Source: Eledone cirrhosa (lineage: Eukaryota). From it: a stretch of 64,000 nt of DNA. This document shows, in pieces, positions 52,801 through 64,000 of this stretch (position 1 is the first letter of the stretch; the number at the start of each line of letters is the position of its first letter). The position numbers were made by a program, and so were the translations under genes. Below the pieces are notes generated by a model, which saw only the letters and a list, made by a program, of their open reading frames with translations, did no database searches and was not told the origin of the DNA. Location: assembly GCA_964016885.1 (NCBI GenBank), contig OZ024742.1:159588001-159652000 (forward strand). Direction: 5' to 3'.

Positions 52801-54170
52801 AAGGACAGGAACAGAGTTTTGGACACATTTTGTGATCACATATCAACTTTCCTATACCATGGACTACAAAACCCAACACTAGTCGAAGGGAATGGGAAGA
52901 AGGGGAGATTATTCATAATTAAGGAAGAAGATAGGGAAGTATTGTCGTCATTATGGATGCTGAACACTATAAAAATTCTATATCCTCTTCCTTACGAGAC
53001 ACTACCTACTATGAAAGGATAAAAAAACTACCAGAAATCAAAACGATGACCAGATTAAACAAACTCATTTGTCAACACAAAAAAGACATAACTAAAAAGG
53101 AACGCGACTATTTAACACATTTTGAATGCAGAGCCAGCAATATTTACGGGCTTACGAAAATCCATAAGAGCAAAATGATTATCGATACCTGTAAAGAATC
53201 CACTCACCCTGCGTAAACATACAACATCCCACTGATCATAAATTAAGACTAATTATAGCGAGCCCAAAATGTGACACACACAGATTAAGTAACTTTATAG
53301 ATTTATTACTAAACCCAATTTTCAAACACACACCAAGTCTTGTAATATGGGGCCTGGACCTCTTAAACCACCTCCCCAAACATGTCAATAACGACATTAT
53401 CATTGTATTCTTTGATGTAGTAAACCTCTACACTACGATTCCACACCAAATCGGACTAGAAGCAATAGGATTCTGGCTAGAAAAATATCCCAATGAGATA
53501 CCGGACAGAATAGAAAATGGTTTCGTCACCGACAGACTAAAATTCATTTTACAAAACAACTATTTTGATTTCAATGGCAATATTTACAAACAAATATAGG
53601 GGACTGCGATGGGTACACAAGTTGCTCCAACTTACGTTAATTTAGTTATACACGGAAGTCCAGATATATGAACAATCCAAATTAAAATACCGCCTAAACT
53701 TCCACAAATATTTGTTAGGGAACTGGAAATGCTACTTGGATGACTGCCTTATTTTATGGTTGCAGACACTCGACCAACTCAATGAATTCAAAAACCTAAT
53801 TAACAACATCGATAATCATATCCAATTCACAATGGAATACAGTCAAGACCAATTTCCATTTCTGGACACTTTAATCCTAAAAATGACACAAATATTGAAA
53901 CTGACATCCACTACAAGCCAACAGATTCTAAACAGTACCTGCTATTCAACTTTATCCATCCAAAGCACACAAAAAAGAACATTCCATTTAATCCAGCGAG
54001 AAGAATTTTCACAATTGTCTCAAATTCTGAAATGCGGAATTAAAGACTCCAAGAATTAAAGGAGATCCTGCTCGAAAGACAATACCTATCCTTATAAGTA
54101 GATAATGGAATAAAACGGGCCAAAGCAATAGACATCCAAGAATTACGAAAATCAAAACAAACTCTGAAAG
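49900..54170 (+). mobile_element. Decayed Penelope-like element interrupted by an RTE LINE
   Basis: YGLTKIHKSK, VSFDVVNLYTTIPH, NYFDFNG..YKQ..GTAMGTQVAP, YLDDCL, HYKPTDSKQYL motifs in 53100-54000; A-rich N-terminal part on either side of the RTE insert; left boundary uncertain. Confidence 0.75.
50720..52141 (+). mobile_element. 5'-truncated RTE-clade LINE with a Cys/His (PHD-like) insert
   Basis: ELLYADDL, CSVCRKGVG..ILCPKCRVWVH..C, FRYLGD, MLHGSETW, GRPRKTW motifs; (GAT)n tail at 52117-52141. Confidence 0.88.
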
Positions 54171-54239
54171 AATGCATTTAAAGAATGGCCTGATAATGAT
54201 GGCTTCGTTGCACCTAGGCTTTTATTTAAATGCATTCAA

Positions 54240-55167
54240 ATCCGCAGATATCGCTTTTGCAATAAAGTGATGTTGTGTAAGCTTACAAACTCATTCACAT
54301 GTGATATCAGTGAAATCTGCTGTAGTAGCTTCAAGTGATACAAGTGTTGTTCTATCATTGTGTACCCATTGTTTATATTTAATCATATCACCTTCATGAC
54401 ACTCTTGACTATCCAACTGACTATTTAGGTACTCTTGTAATGCCTCTTTCCCAGGACATCGTTCACAGGCATGCAACATGCTGTTTTATATCCATGCTTT
54501 ATGAATAAGTTGATCCTGTACAAAGCGCTGACAACAGAATTTCTAAAAATTCACAACTCAGAAAAGAATCTCAGCAGCAAAACCAAATTTCTGTCACAAC
54601 ATCTTCAAAAGTATAAAAATGCATGGTAAAAAATTGAAAACGATAGTGAACTGCCCACATGGTCAACTAAAGGCTTCAAATGGGCATTTTTTAAATCGCA
54701 CATATTTCAAAAACTTATCCTGACACTCCCATAATAGTAACTAACATAGTTACTGCTCAGAAATGGTCTACTATATGCTAAGTAACAGGAAAACTATTAT
54801 GGCTGCTTTATCTAGTGTACCTATTTAGATAGAAATACCTAAAAGGGGGCATACATTTGCTGTACGTTTAATTCTTGGCAATTTTCAGAGGCCTGCAGAT
54901 GGAAAAATATACAAGATATACTTGATTTGATAAAATATTTGAACTCTACAGAAAAAGTTAGCCTCAAACACATGTGTTTACCTTATTAGAGGAGAAATGG
55001 CTTCTTCAAGTTGGTCCGAGAGGCTCGTTCGGAAAAGAATGTATACTTAATTAATATTTTAAAGGCCTACAATTTCAAAATTATCAAAGATATTGACCTA
55101 ATGCTTTTTCAGGGGGATCTGAGAGGGTGACCTGGGACCCTCTGGGTGATTTGAGATGGAATGACCC
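54240..55167 (-). mobile_element. Unclassified DNA-transposon-like fragment
   Basis: Decayed ORF CERCPG...IKYKQW..DR..L...LTQHHFIAK resembles transposon-associated proteins; possible terminus GGGTCATTCCAT at 55167; family not assignable by eye. Confidence 0.35.
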
Positions 55168-55177
55168 TATAGTACAT

Positions 55178-55382
55178 AGGGCGGTGGATTTGCAGTATCG
55201 GTAGAGCGTCGGACAACATACTCTGTGGCTTATAGTTACAACCCTTTAACTTGTAAGTTTAAATCCCGCCGATATGAACTTTGCCTTTCATTCTTACGAG
55301 TTTGATAAGATAAAGCTGGGGACGATTTAATCGACTTTCCCCTTCCCTTCAAATTGCTGTATTTGTGCCAAAAGTAGAAAAA
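55178..55382 (+). mobile_element. tRNA-type SINE
   Basis: GGGCGGTGGATTTGCAGTATCGG...AAATCCCGCC...GCCTTTCATTC...TGTGCCAAAAGTAGAAA; same family as 38818-39008. Confidence 0.75.
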
Positions 55383-55677
55383 ATGATATTACAGTACAGC
55401 TTTGGAAAGTATTTCCATGAAATATAAATGTTTAGATGTAATTGAAATGCCATATTTGTTCTCGTCACCTGAAAGGCATGGAATACGAAACTTAAGAAAC
55501 TAACACTGTAGTCAGAAAGTTGATCAATTACATTTATTATATATATATTTAAAGAAGTCCTCCATAACTCCTGTTTAATAGTGTTCTTGAAGTATTTATC
55601 GTCATCAGATATGCAACTTTACTTTAAATAGTATCTGAAATTCAACTGATTTTTAACAAGTCTTTCATTCATTTCAG

Positions 55678-55739
55678 ATTCTTCTACCGCAACTGACGTG
55701 AACATGATATATATTTACATACTATTCAAGTATAAGTGA
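55678..55739 (+). CDS. Exon 5 (terminal coding) of host gene ((D)SSTATDVNMIYIYILFKYK*)
   Basis: Acceptor tctttcattcatttcAG, phase-1 entry, TGA at 55737-55739; total spliced CDS 714 nt = 237 aa plus stop. Confidence 0.62.
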
Positions 55740-56837
55740 TATTAGCCTTGAAATTCAATATCTATGCATACACACACACAATGGTTTTCATAGACAGGAT
55801 GAAGGAAAAGAGCGCTCCGTTTTATCAACAGAGCTGAAATATTATTTATTATAGTAATCTAGTGATGGAGGGGTAAAAATCTGTTTTGACAAATTGTATA
55901 AACCTAGCTTTATTTTTTTTTCTGGAATATCACAGAAGTGTTGTTCCACTATAATAGTTTAGTATTGTTCGTATATTTATTTTCCTTAGTATCTTCTTAC
56001 TGGCTAATTCTAATTCTGTTTTAGCGGGATTAATTAATCCCCAACCAACTCTATTGTTAATCTCCTGTTTATGGTATTTAAAAGTTATATAAGCATTACG
56101 TCTGGCTAGGCTTTCAGTTCTTTTATCTCACTTTAAGTTTCTAGCAATTTCTTTAGCTTCATTATTGACATTATTATAGGTACTGGTTTTAACTTTCTAA
56201 TATTTGTTAGTTATACTATCTAGTTAGGGCTGGCTATATTATCCTTAGTTTTTAGTTTTATCAGAGAACACAAAAATATTCCTAGATAATTAAAATGTTA
56301 TTAATGTCAAACGAAAGTGTAGTTTGGAAATGATTTTTGTACCTATGGAACTTGATATGATTGATCATATGTAATATGTCTGCACACAACATATGCTTTA
56401 TAAGCATTTGGGTAAAGTGTATGCAGTCACCATTACACCAGATCAACCAACCAAATAGAGAGTTGCGAGTGATATGTGGATATGGTACAAGTTCTACTCT
56501 CACTAGATGGTTTCTGCACATTGTTAATCTTTTGGTAATCTACATATATATATATATGTGTGTGTGTGTGTATGTGTATGTGTGTGTGTGTGTGTGTGTG
56601 CGCGCGCGCGTGTGTGTGTATGTGTGTGTGCGCGTACAAATCTATATAATTGCTAAGTTAATGGCGTCATACTAATAATAAAAAATATACATGTATTCTT
56701 ATTCTCACTTTTGTGTTGTTATTTATATTATTACTAACATATTACCTGTCAAAAATGATGGGGTCTATAGTAAAATATAACTCAATTTAGTAATCCATTC
56801 ATATTATTCATTCATTCATTTCTTCTTCTTCTTCTTC

Positions 56838-56890
<53 letters not shown>

Positions 56891-57590
56891 AAATGCCATG
56901 TTTGACGGAGGCTCGGCTCTGTAAGGTATTGTAAATTTTGACCGCTATAACAATTGTAAATTGTTTAAAACTTTAACCAAATTGTAGACAAAAGCACCCT
57001 CCTCCTCGTGAGAGGGATCTTTCTGCCCGTTATTTGGCCCTTCGGGGTTAAATAACTGCTTATTGGGGTTTTGTGCCCAATATTTATTTTAAACAAAAAA
57101 AAACATGGCTACGAAAAAGAATTTTCATAGGTCACTCCCACTCATTCCGTCTTCTTCTTCCTCAATCGTCACTACAGCAGAGAGAAGATTATCTCTCTCC
57201 CTGCCTTCTCTAAATGTGCTCTCTCCCTCCCTTCTCTTTCGCAAGCGACGCCAGTAAAGAAAAATCACGTGCAAAGCATGGAACATTTCTCCACGACGAC
57301 GACAACGACGAAATAGGTGTGCGGAAAATACGAAAACCCATTTCATTCGTCTGACGTCATGAATAATAGCAGTAGCAGCCGTAATAACCGCAGCAGCAGC
57401 AACAGTGACAAGGAAAACAACAGTAGCAGCCGAAACAGCATCAGCAGCAGCAGCATAAACAACAACAGCATTAGCAGCAACAGCAACAACAACAGCAGCA
57501 GCAGCAACAACAACAACAACTACAGCAACAGCGGCGGCGGCAGTAGTCGTAGTACCTGCAGCAACAACAAAAGTAACAGCAGCTCTGAGG

Positions 57591-57623
<33 letters not shown>

Positions 57624-60600
57624 GCAGCAAAGAAAAACCAATCTCGTTTGCAGGTATCGCAAAGAACCTGGAAACCATCCTCATAACAAATGAGGAATTA
57701 CAGGAAGCGAAGAAGATGGTGACGAAAACCTGACACCGAGCAATCTGCAAGGCAGCCGAAAAATTTTTCGAAACCCAACAGCACTGTACGGTCACGTGCC
57801 GTACAGTAAGCACAAAATCCCGTAGGGCTGAAAGAGCCACAGAGGCTCAAATACAAAAAGCATTAGGGTCTGTGTGGCAGCGTAAAACGCATATCACCCG
57901 AGGCAAGAAATATGCCACCGTAGACGTACTTTTTGCCACACCCCAGGAGGCAAAGGCTCAATCCTTAGTGACCCTAAGGAGCGAGGAAATGGTGTTGGTG
58001 CCCTCCTATGCGGGCAAAAAATTGTGAGGGTAAAACTGACCCACGTCCCCCCCGGGATGGCCCCTTCTTGGCTGGCCGCGTCTGTCCTCGTCGGAATCGA
58101 GGACAAAACAACTGTACTGCAAGTACAGAAAAGAGTAAGAGAAGATTGGGTCGGCACCTCCATTGAGATGTTAATGCAAACCAACCAGGAGTGCATCGAA
58201 GCTATCCCGGATGTGATAGACTTCGATAACGGCACTCAACTGCCCATAAGTGTTGAGGGCAAACGCCCGAAATGCTTTCGCTGTGGATCGAAGACTCACC
58301 TCAGGGCCTTCTGCAACGAGAAGACCCTGAGAAAGGAGAACCCCCTTCCTTCCGAATCCGGCTCCGCGGCTACCAGCAACAGGACAAGCGGCAACCAGGA
58401 ACGATAGGTCCGTGGCACCCATACCCAAGCCACGGAAATCAAGAACAGCAGCAGCAGTGGAAGTATTAACAACAACAACAGTAATACCAACTGCAGCTCC
58501 AACAGAGACTCCACTGCAAACATCACCAACAACAACGAGTGAAAGAGTGGAGCTGGTACCCCTCCCCGACCTCACGGAATCAGACATGGAGTGTGAGGTG
58601 GGAGAGGGATGGCAAAAGGTCGCAAGAAGGCACAAACGCAGAAGCAGCGCATCGTCGCCTTCGAAAAGGGAGGAAAGAAATGAAAAAAGGGTAAAGGCTA
58701 CTGCAAAGAGACTCACAGCAGCAACACCACCAACACCATCACCACCCACACTAGCACCAGCATCACCACCGGCCACAACCCCACCGCCAACAACAACAAC
58801 ACCTTCAACACCACCACCACAAGCACCAACATCGCAAACACAACAACAAAACACACACACCCAGCAACAACGACAAGAAAATAGCAGAACCACACCGCAC
58901 ACCCAGAAAAACAAATGCACGGCAATAAATACACACAACAAGAAACTAATGACTTACATAATTGAACACACAGACATTTCACAGCACGACTACATAATAC
59001 CAGCACCAATAAAAACACCAACGAACATAAGACTGGTAAAAATAGCACAGAAACAATACACAAACATTAAAACGAAATTCCCCAACGTAGTTGGTGATTT
59101 CAGAGACCTAGGAGGGACACTCAACCGGAGAGTATACTTGGATATACTCACAGAAGAGCCGACGACGAGCCGAAGGGACGGTTCAACGGTCTCTTCACCA
59201 GACAATCACGGTAAGAATATTCGGACATACTCATAGAAGAGCCGACGACCAGCCGAAGGGACGATTCAACGGTGCCTTCACCAGACGATCAAGTGAAAAG
59301 GGATGGAGAAACCATCCTTCCTGGCTTGGGGTCGTCATGGAAGCAGGGCCACCTGCTCAACGACCTCAGGTCACTAAACATAGATGTAGTGGCCATCAGC
59401 GAGACCAGAATCTCCGAAGCATGGGTCTTCGCACCGATCTTCGGCGGCTACGATGTGTACGCATCTCTCAGCCGTCCGGGATCGGGGGAAGGAGTTGCTG
59501 TGCTTTTTCGGAAAGGTTTGGACCTCGCCATACGGGCCATCTTCCTGGACCCAGAAGGTAAGTTGGTGGTGCTGGACGGGCAAGCTTTCAGGCTAGTGGC
59601 CGTCTATGCCCCGCAGGAGCAGGGCGGCCTGATTTCTTCCGGCGTCTGGAGACCTTTCTTGGAACGTCCCGCTCTTTAGTGTTAGTGGGCGACTGGAACG
59701 GGATCTTAGATGCACGCTGGGACTGTGTGGGATTAGCAGATAGGGGAGGAGGGTGAAAGAGTCTCACCAACCTGCTCAGGCGTTTTGAACTGTCTGACAG
59801 GTACCGATTGGATTTCCCGAATGTGCCAATGTGGACTTGGACAAATCGCATAGGGTTTTGTACAAATTTTGTAGGGAAATAGATAGGTCTAGCATAGGCT
59901 GTCCACAATTCAAGATAGTCAGCTACACGGACCACAAATTCGTGATCTGTGTGCTTGACTTAGATAGGCTTCATAGACGAGGACCCGGCTATTGGAAGCT
60001 AAACGCGTCCTTACCAGCGCGCAAGGCCTACAGAGACCGGATTAGCGAACTAGTTAAGCGGGCGTTGACGGGGTACATCGTCAACAACAAGTGTTGGTTT
60101 GCTCTGAAAAGAGCAATTAGAAAAGAGTCCATTAGGTTTAGTAAGGCTTAGAGCAATAGAGAAAAATAGAGCAGAGGGAGAATTAGTTAGAAAATTAGAC
60201 GAGGCGCTTAGCAAAGGCATCGCGACCAACATACTTGCGGCGAAATTGGCCCTTGACCAATTCTTCAATGCAAAGCACGAAGGCTGCGTTGTCAGAGCTA
60301 GGGTGCGTGCTCTCAGACACGAGGGGACGAAAGCCGTTCAATGGGCCCGAGTGGCAGAGGCGCGTCGTGGCAACAAAGCCACGATTCGGTCTTTGGTGGA
60401 CCACGACGGGCGCATGCTACTCGATCCCGGGCAAATGTGTGAAGCTTTTCAGCGACACTTCGCACAGCTGTTCGGGGGCAGCGGCGGGCCGGATCGATGG
60501 ATGGACTTTAGTGTCTACCTCGACGGACTGCCGCGGCTCTCGGCCACTGAGGCGGAGTGCTGCGAAAAGCCGATAACAGCCGCTGAAGTACGGGAGGCAA

Positions 60601-62922
60601 TGACTCGCTGCACAAGGGGTAAATCGCCTGGTTTGGATGGTCTGCCCTATGAACTTTACGTACAGATGCCAGACTTGTTCGGAGGCCTCTTGGCGGATGT
60701 CTACTGCAACTGGCAACAGAACGGGAGAATTCCCAGCTCTGTGAGCTGAGGAGCTGTGGAGCTGCTGAGAAAGGATCCGAACAAGGGGGATAACATAGAT
60801 AATTTCAGGCCCATAACTCTGCTAAATAGAAAGTTCAAGATTTTGGCCAAGGTGCTAGCAAAGAGGTTGGCGCTTGTCGTTGGTGGTCTGGTGGGAGAGG
60901 CGCAGACATGCGCCATTTCCGACAGATCCATCCAAGACAACCTCCACCTCATGCGATACATCGTAGAGAAGGTAGCTAGGGAACCTGGCACGCGTGGGTC
61001 CTTCATCAATTTAGATCAGTCGAAAGTTTTCGATAGGGTCGACCATCGTTACCTAGCAGCAGTCCTGAGGGCGGCTGGCTTTGGGCCCGTCTTCAGAGGC
61101 TGGATCGCTGCCATGCACAGCGACATCTGCTCTGTGGTGAGAGTGAACTGTCACCTTTTGAAACCGTTCAACATCATGCGCTCGGTCCGCCAAGGATGTC
61201 CCCTCTCGTCCCTCTTGTATGTATTGACTCTCGAGCCATTACTGCACAAACAGGAGACGTTGAGGGGGGTCCCGCGCGAACTAGGATGCGGAAGATCCGT
61301 ATCAGCATATGCGGACGATGTCACCGTAGTGGTGTCGAACGCCAAACACATCGAGGCGATCGGCACTACACTAAGAGAATACGAAGCGGTGACAGGAGCA
61401 ATGATCAACCAGGAATAGTCAGTGGGCCTGCAGCTCGGCACCTGGAGAGGCAGGTCCATGCCGTCCAACAGCGTCGTCGGGCGCTGGACGGACGGACCGG
61501 TTAAATTGCTAGGGGTCTGGTTCGGTCCGGACCTCCAGACGGACAAAAACTGGGCCGAGGTGACGAGCAGGGTGTCTTCTCTCACCCAGAAATGGGCGGA
61601 GAAGAAGCTATCCCTGAAAGGTCGAGCGGAGGTGGCTAACGCGTACATCGCGTCCGTCATCTACTACTGCCTGACCGTCGTACCTTGTCCTAAGCCCCGT
61701 CTGACTTCGCTGGAGCGTTTGCTCTTTCGCTTTTTGTGGAAGGGACGCGTTCCGATGGTCAGGCGGTCCATCTGCTGTCAACACCCGCTACGTGGAGGGC
61801 TGGGCATGCCGTGGATGATGATGCGCAGACACGTGCTCAGGCTACGACATCTCTACCTCTTCCTCGACGGTGATCAGGTGTGGTCGCCGTTTGCTAGACA
61901 CGTCTTTCCCCAGCTCGTTTCCTTAACGGAGCTGCAGTCCTGGGTCAAGCGAAGACCGAGAGGGAGCGCTTGGAAACTGGAATGTCTTCAGGCGCTCACA
62001 GCCCTCGACCAATCGGGCAATGTGATCGGTGGAAACTCCACCTTGGCGTTCTATAGAGGATTAGTGGAGGGGAAGAGCGATGACGTATTTGGAGAAACTC
62101 TAGGCGTCGACGAAAATCAACTAGCCAATCTCTTTGGAAGGACTTTCGGGCCGGGGCCTATGGACAACTTCCAGAAATCCCTGGCCTGGCAGTGCTACCG
62201 AGGAGCTTTGCCAGTTCGGGATAAACTCTACAGGCATGGAGGTGCCGTCAGCGGGCATGTCCGAGATGCGCGCAGGGCGACGAAACCGTCCTGCACGTAC
62301 TCGTCCAGTGTCCGAGCATTGCTGACTTGTGGGTTTATGTCGAACCCCTGCTGTCACGCGTAGGACAGATCCAGCTATCAGCTGAGTCCATCGTGAGGAT
62401 TGCCCCGCCCTCCTCCTTTAGCCGGGAAGGGCAGGCAGTTTTTATCTGTCTGGTGGCCATGGCGAAAGAGATAGTATGGTGGACACGTTTGAAAGGGCTG
62501 AAAACGAGCATTTACCTCTTCGGTGATGCCCTGATTAACTTTGTCAAATTTCATTTGAAAAGGAAAATCAGGGTAGAGAGGGAAGTGCTCTCTTCCCAGC
62601 ATTTTGTTGAAAGATGGGTGAGAGAATCAAGTATGGCCCAAGTGAATGGGCCTACTCTGAGTATGTGTCTGTAAATTAAAGGTGGAAAACTGGGAGAGGG
62701 CACTTGCCCTGGTGGTCAGGGTCACTGTGGTTTTTTAATGGGCTTTCTCCACAAATTTCCCTCGGAAGTCTTCCCCCTATTGGGGAATTTTTGATTGTTA
62801 TTTTTTTTATTACAATCCTCTGTTTTTTTACACGCAGAAATGCCCAATTGTACCGTCCTGTATTGTCCTGTATTGTCCTTAATGTCTACTTTATGTAAAC
62901 CCTTGTGGTTAATAAAGAAATC
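56891..62922 (+). mobile_element. Tx1/L1-type LINE copy H, full length (~6.0 kb), within (TTA)n
   Basis: 5' end AATGCCATGTTTGACGGAGGCTCGGCTC follows (TTA)n; ORF1 ATG at 57105, ORF2 stop at 62674; AATAAA then (ATT)n at the 3' end; disrupted by stops and frameshifts. Confidence 0.93.
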
Positions 62923-63289
62923 ATTATTATTATTATTATTGTTGTTGTTGTTGTCAATAAAAGGAAATAATTATTTACAATCTGAGTTCATCTCCAGCTT
63001 AAGTAAACTTTGTTTTTCATCTTTCCGTGGTCGATGTACTGAGTTCAAATGTACTGAGTTCAAATCATCCCCCAAATTGCTTGTCTTATGCCTATATTAG
63101 AAACAATTTTTATTAAAAATATCATCTTAGCCATATATATAGCTGTGTAGTTCACTTCACAATTTACATCAATAATTTCGTTTTAAATTCATTCATATTT
63201 TTCTAAATTATTATCAAATATATAACTGTGTTTTATGTATCTCCAAAAAATCATTTTCCACAATGTTGTTAGTTACAGAAAATATGAAG

Positions 63290-63901
63290 AAATTCTAAAA
63301 CTTTTCTTCATCAGTTCAATACACAAGAAGCTAAACATCACAACAGAGATGATAAAGGACCGTGAGACCTGGCACTATGCCGTTTTGGTGAAAACACTTT
63401 GCCAGCATAAAATGTGACCTGACTCATCCCTGTGTCCCTCTCCATTAGCACTCCTTAGTAGCTGAGCTCATGATCGGTGCACCCCCCCCCCCTTCCTTGA
63501 CCATGCACTCTCATCTCTAAAGTCCTGAGGCACCCTCATTGTCGGAACGTTGTAGATACTCTTTCCGCTCCATGCACACCCACCCTGTCCTACCAACTCA
63601 GACAAACACACTCAGAACACATTGTGAATTGGTTGGTGATAGAAATGACATCCAGGTGTAAAAAAACTTGCCAAACAAAGGGTTGGGAGGACCCTTCAGT
63701 TGTGTCAAAAACATGACAACCTCTCTATTGCTGGTTTCATGATAAAATGCACTCAGTAGAGCACGAAACCGTATGTAAGTGGGATGGTGATCCATGGCCT
63801 GTGTGGGAGGTCAGAAGGCCTGCTTGAGTACTGACTTGGTCTGCGAAAACTCGTCCACCCTTTGCTATCAGGGAAAAGGGATATTAAATGATGATGATGA
63901 T
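63290..63901 (+). mobile_element. RTE-type LINE 3' end fragment
   Basis: KDRETWHYAV..KT parallels the RTE end at ~51700; similar 3' UTR and (TGA)n tail. Confidence 0.55.
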
Positions 63902-64000
63902 ATTCATACAGATGTCTTTAGACATATGCATGTGTGTGTGTGTGGGTGGGGGGTGGGTGGGCGTGGGGGTTAAATATATATATATACAAGCTGAAATCAG

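Overview
AT-rich, microsatellite-dense eukaryotic (animal) genomic DNA; the repeat style suggests a mollusc, probably a cephalopod (inference only). Most ORF-track entries are microsatellite or transposon artefacts. Three main structures. (1) A phase-consistent 5-exon host gene on the + strand (4144-4468, 7607-7698, 14974-15122, 47868-47953, 55678-55739; 714 nt, 237 aa). It encodes a probably secreted protein with a PAN/apple-like domain and an unnamed C-terminal domain. (2) A ~23-kb head-to-tail array of L1/Tx1-type non-LTR retrotransposons in intron 3, all antisense to the gene. There are at least three ORF1/5' variants plus recombinants, and most intact ends sit in (ATT)n microsatellites, as does a separate full-length + strand copy at 56891-62922. 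(3) Several minimal hammerhead-ribozyme motifs, mostly inside short fold-back inverted repeats among (TA)n tracts, consistent with Penelope-like element termini. The rest is decayed Penelope-like, RTE and R4/Dong-like LINEs, tRNA-type SINEs, Helitron/Helentron-like non-autonomous elements and a TIR element. All coordinates and foldings were read by eye, so transposon boundaries are approximate.
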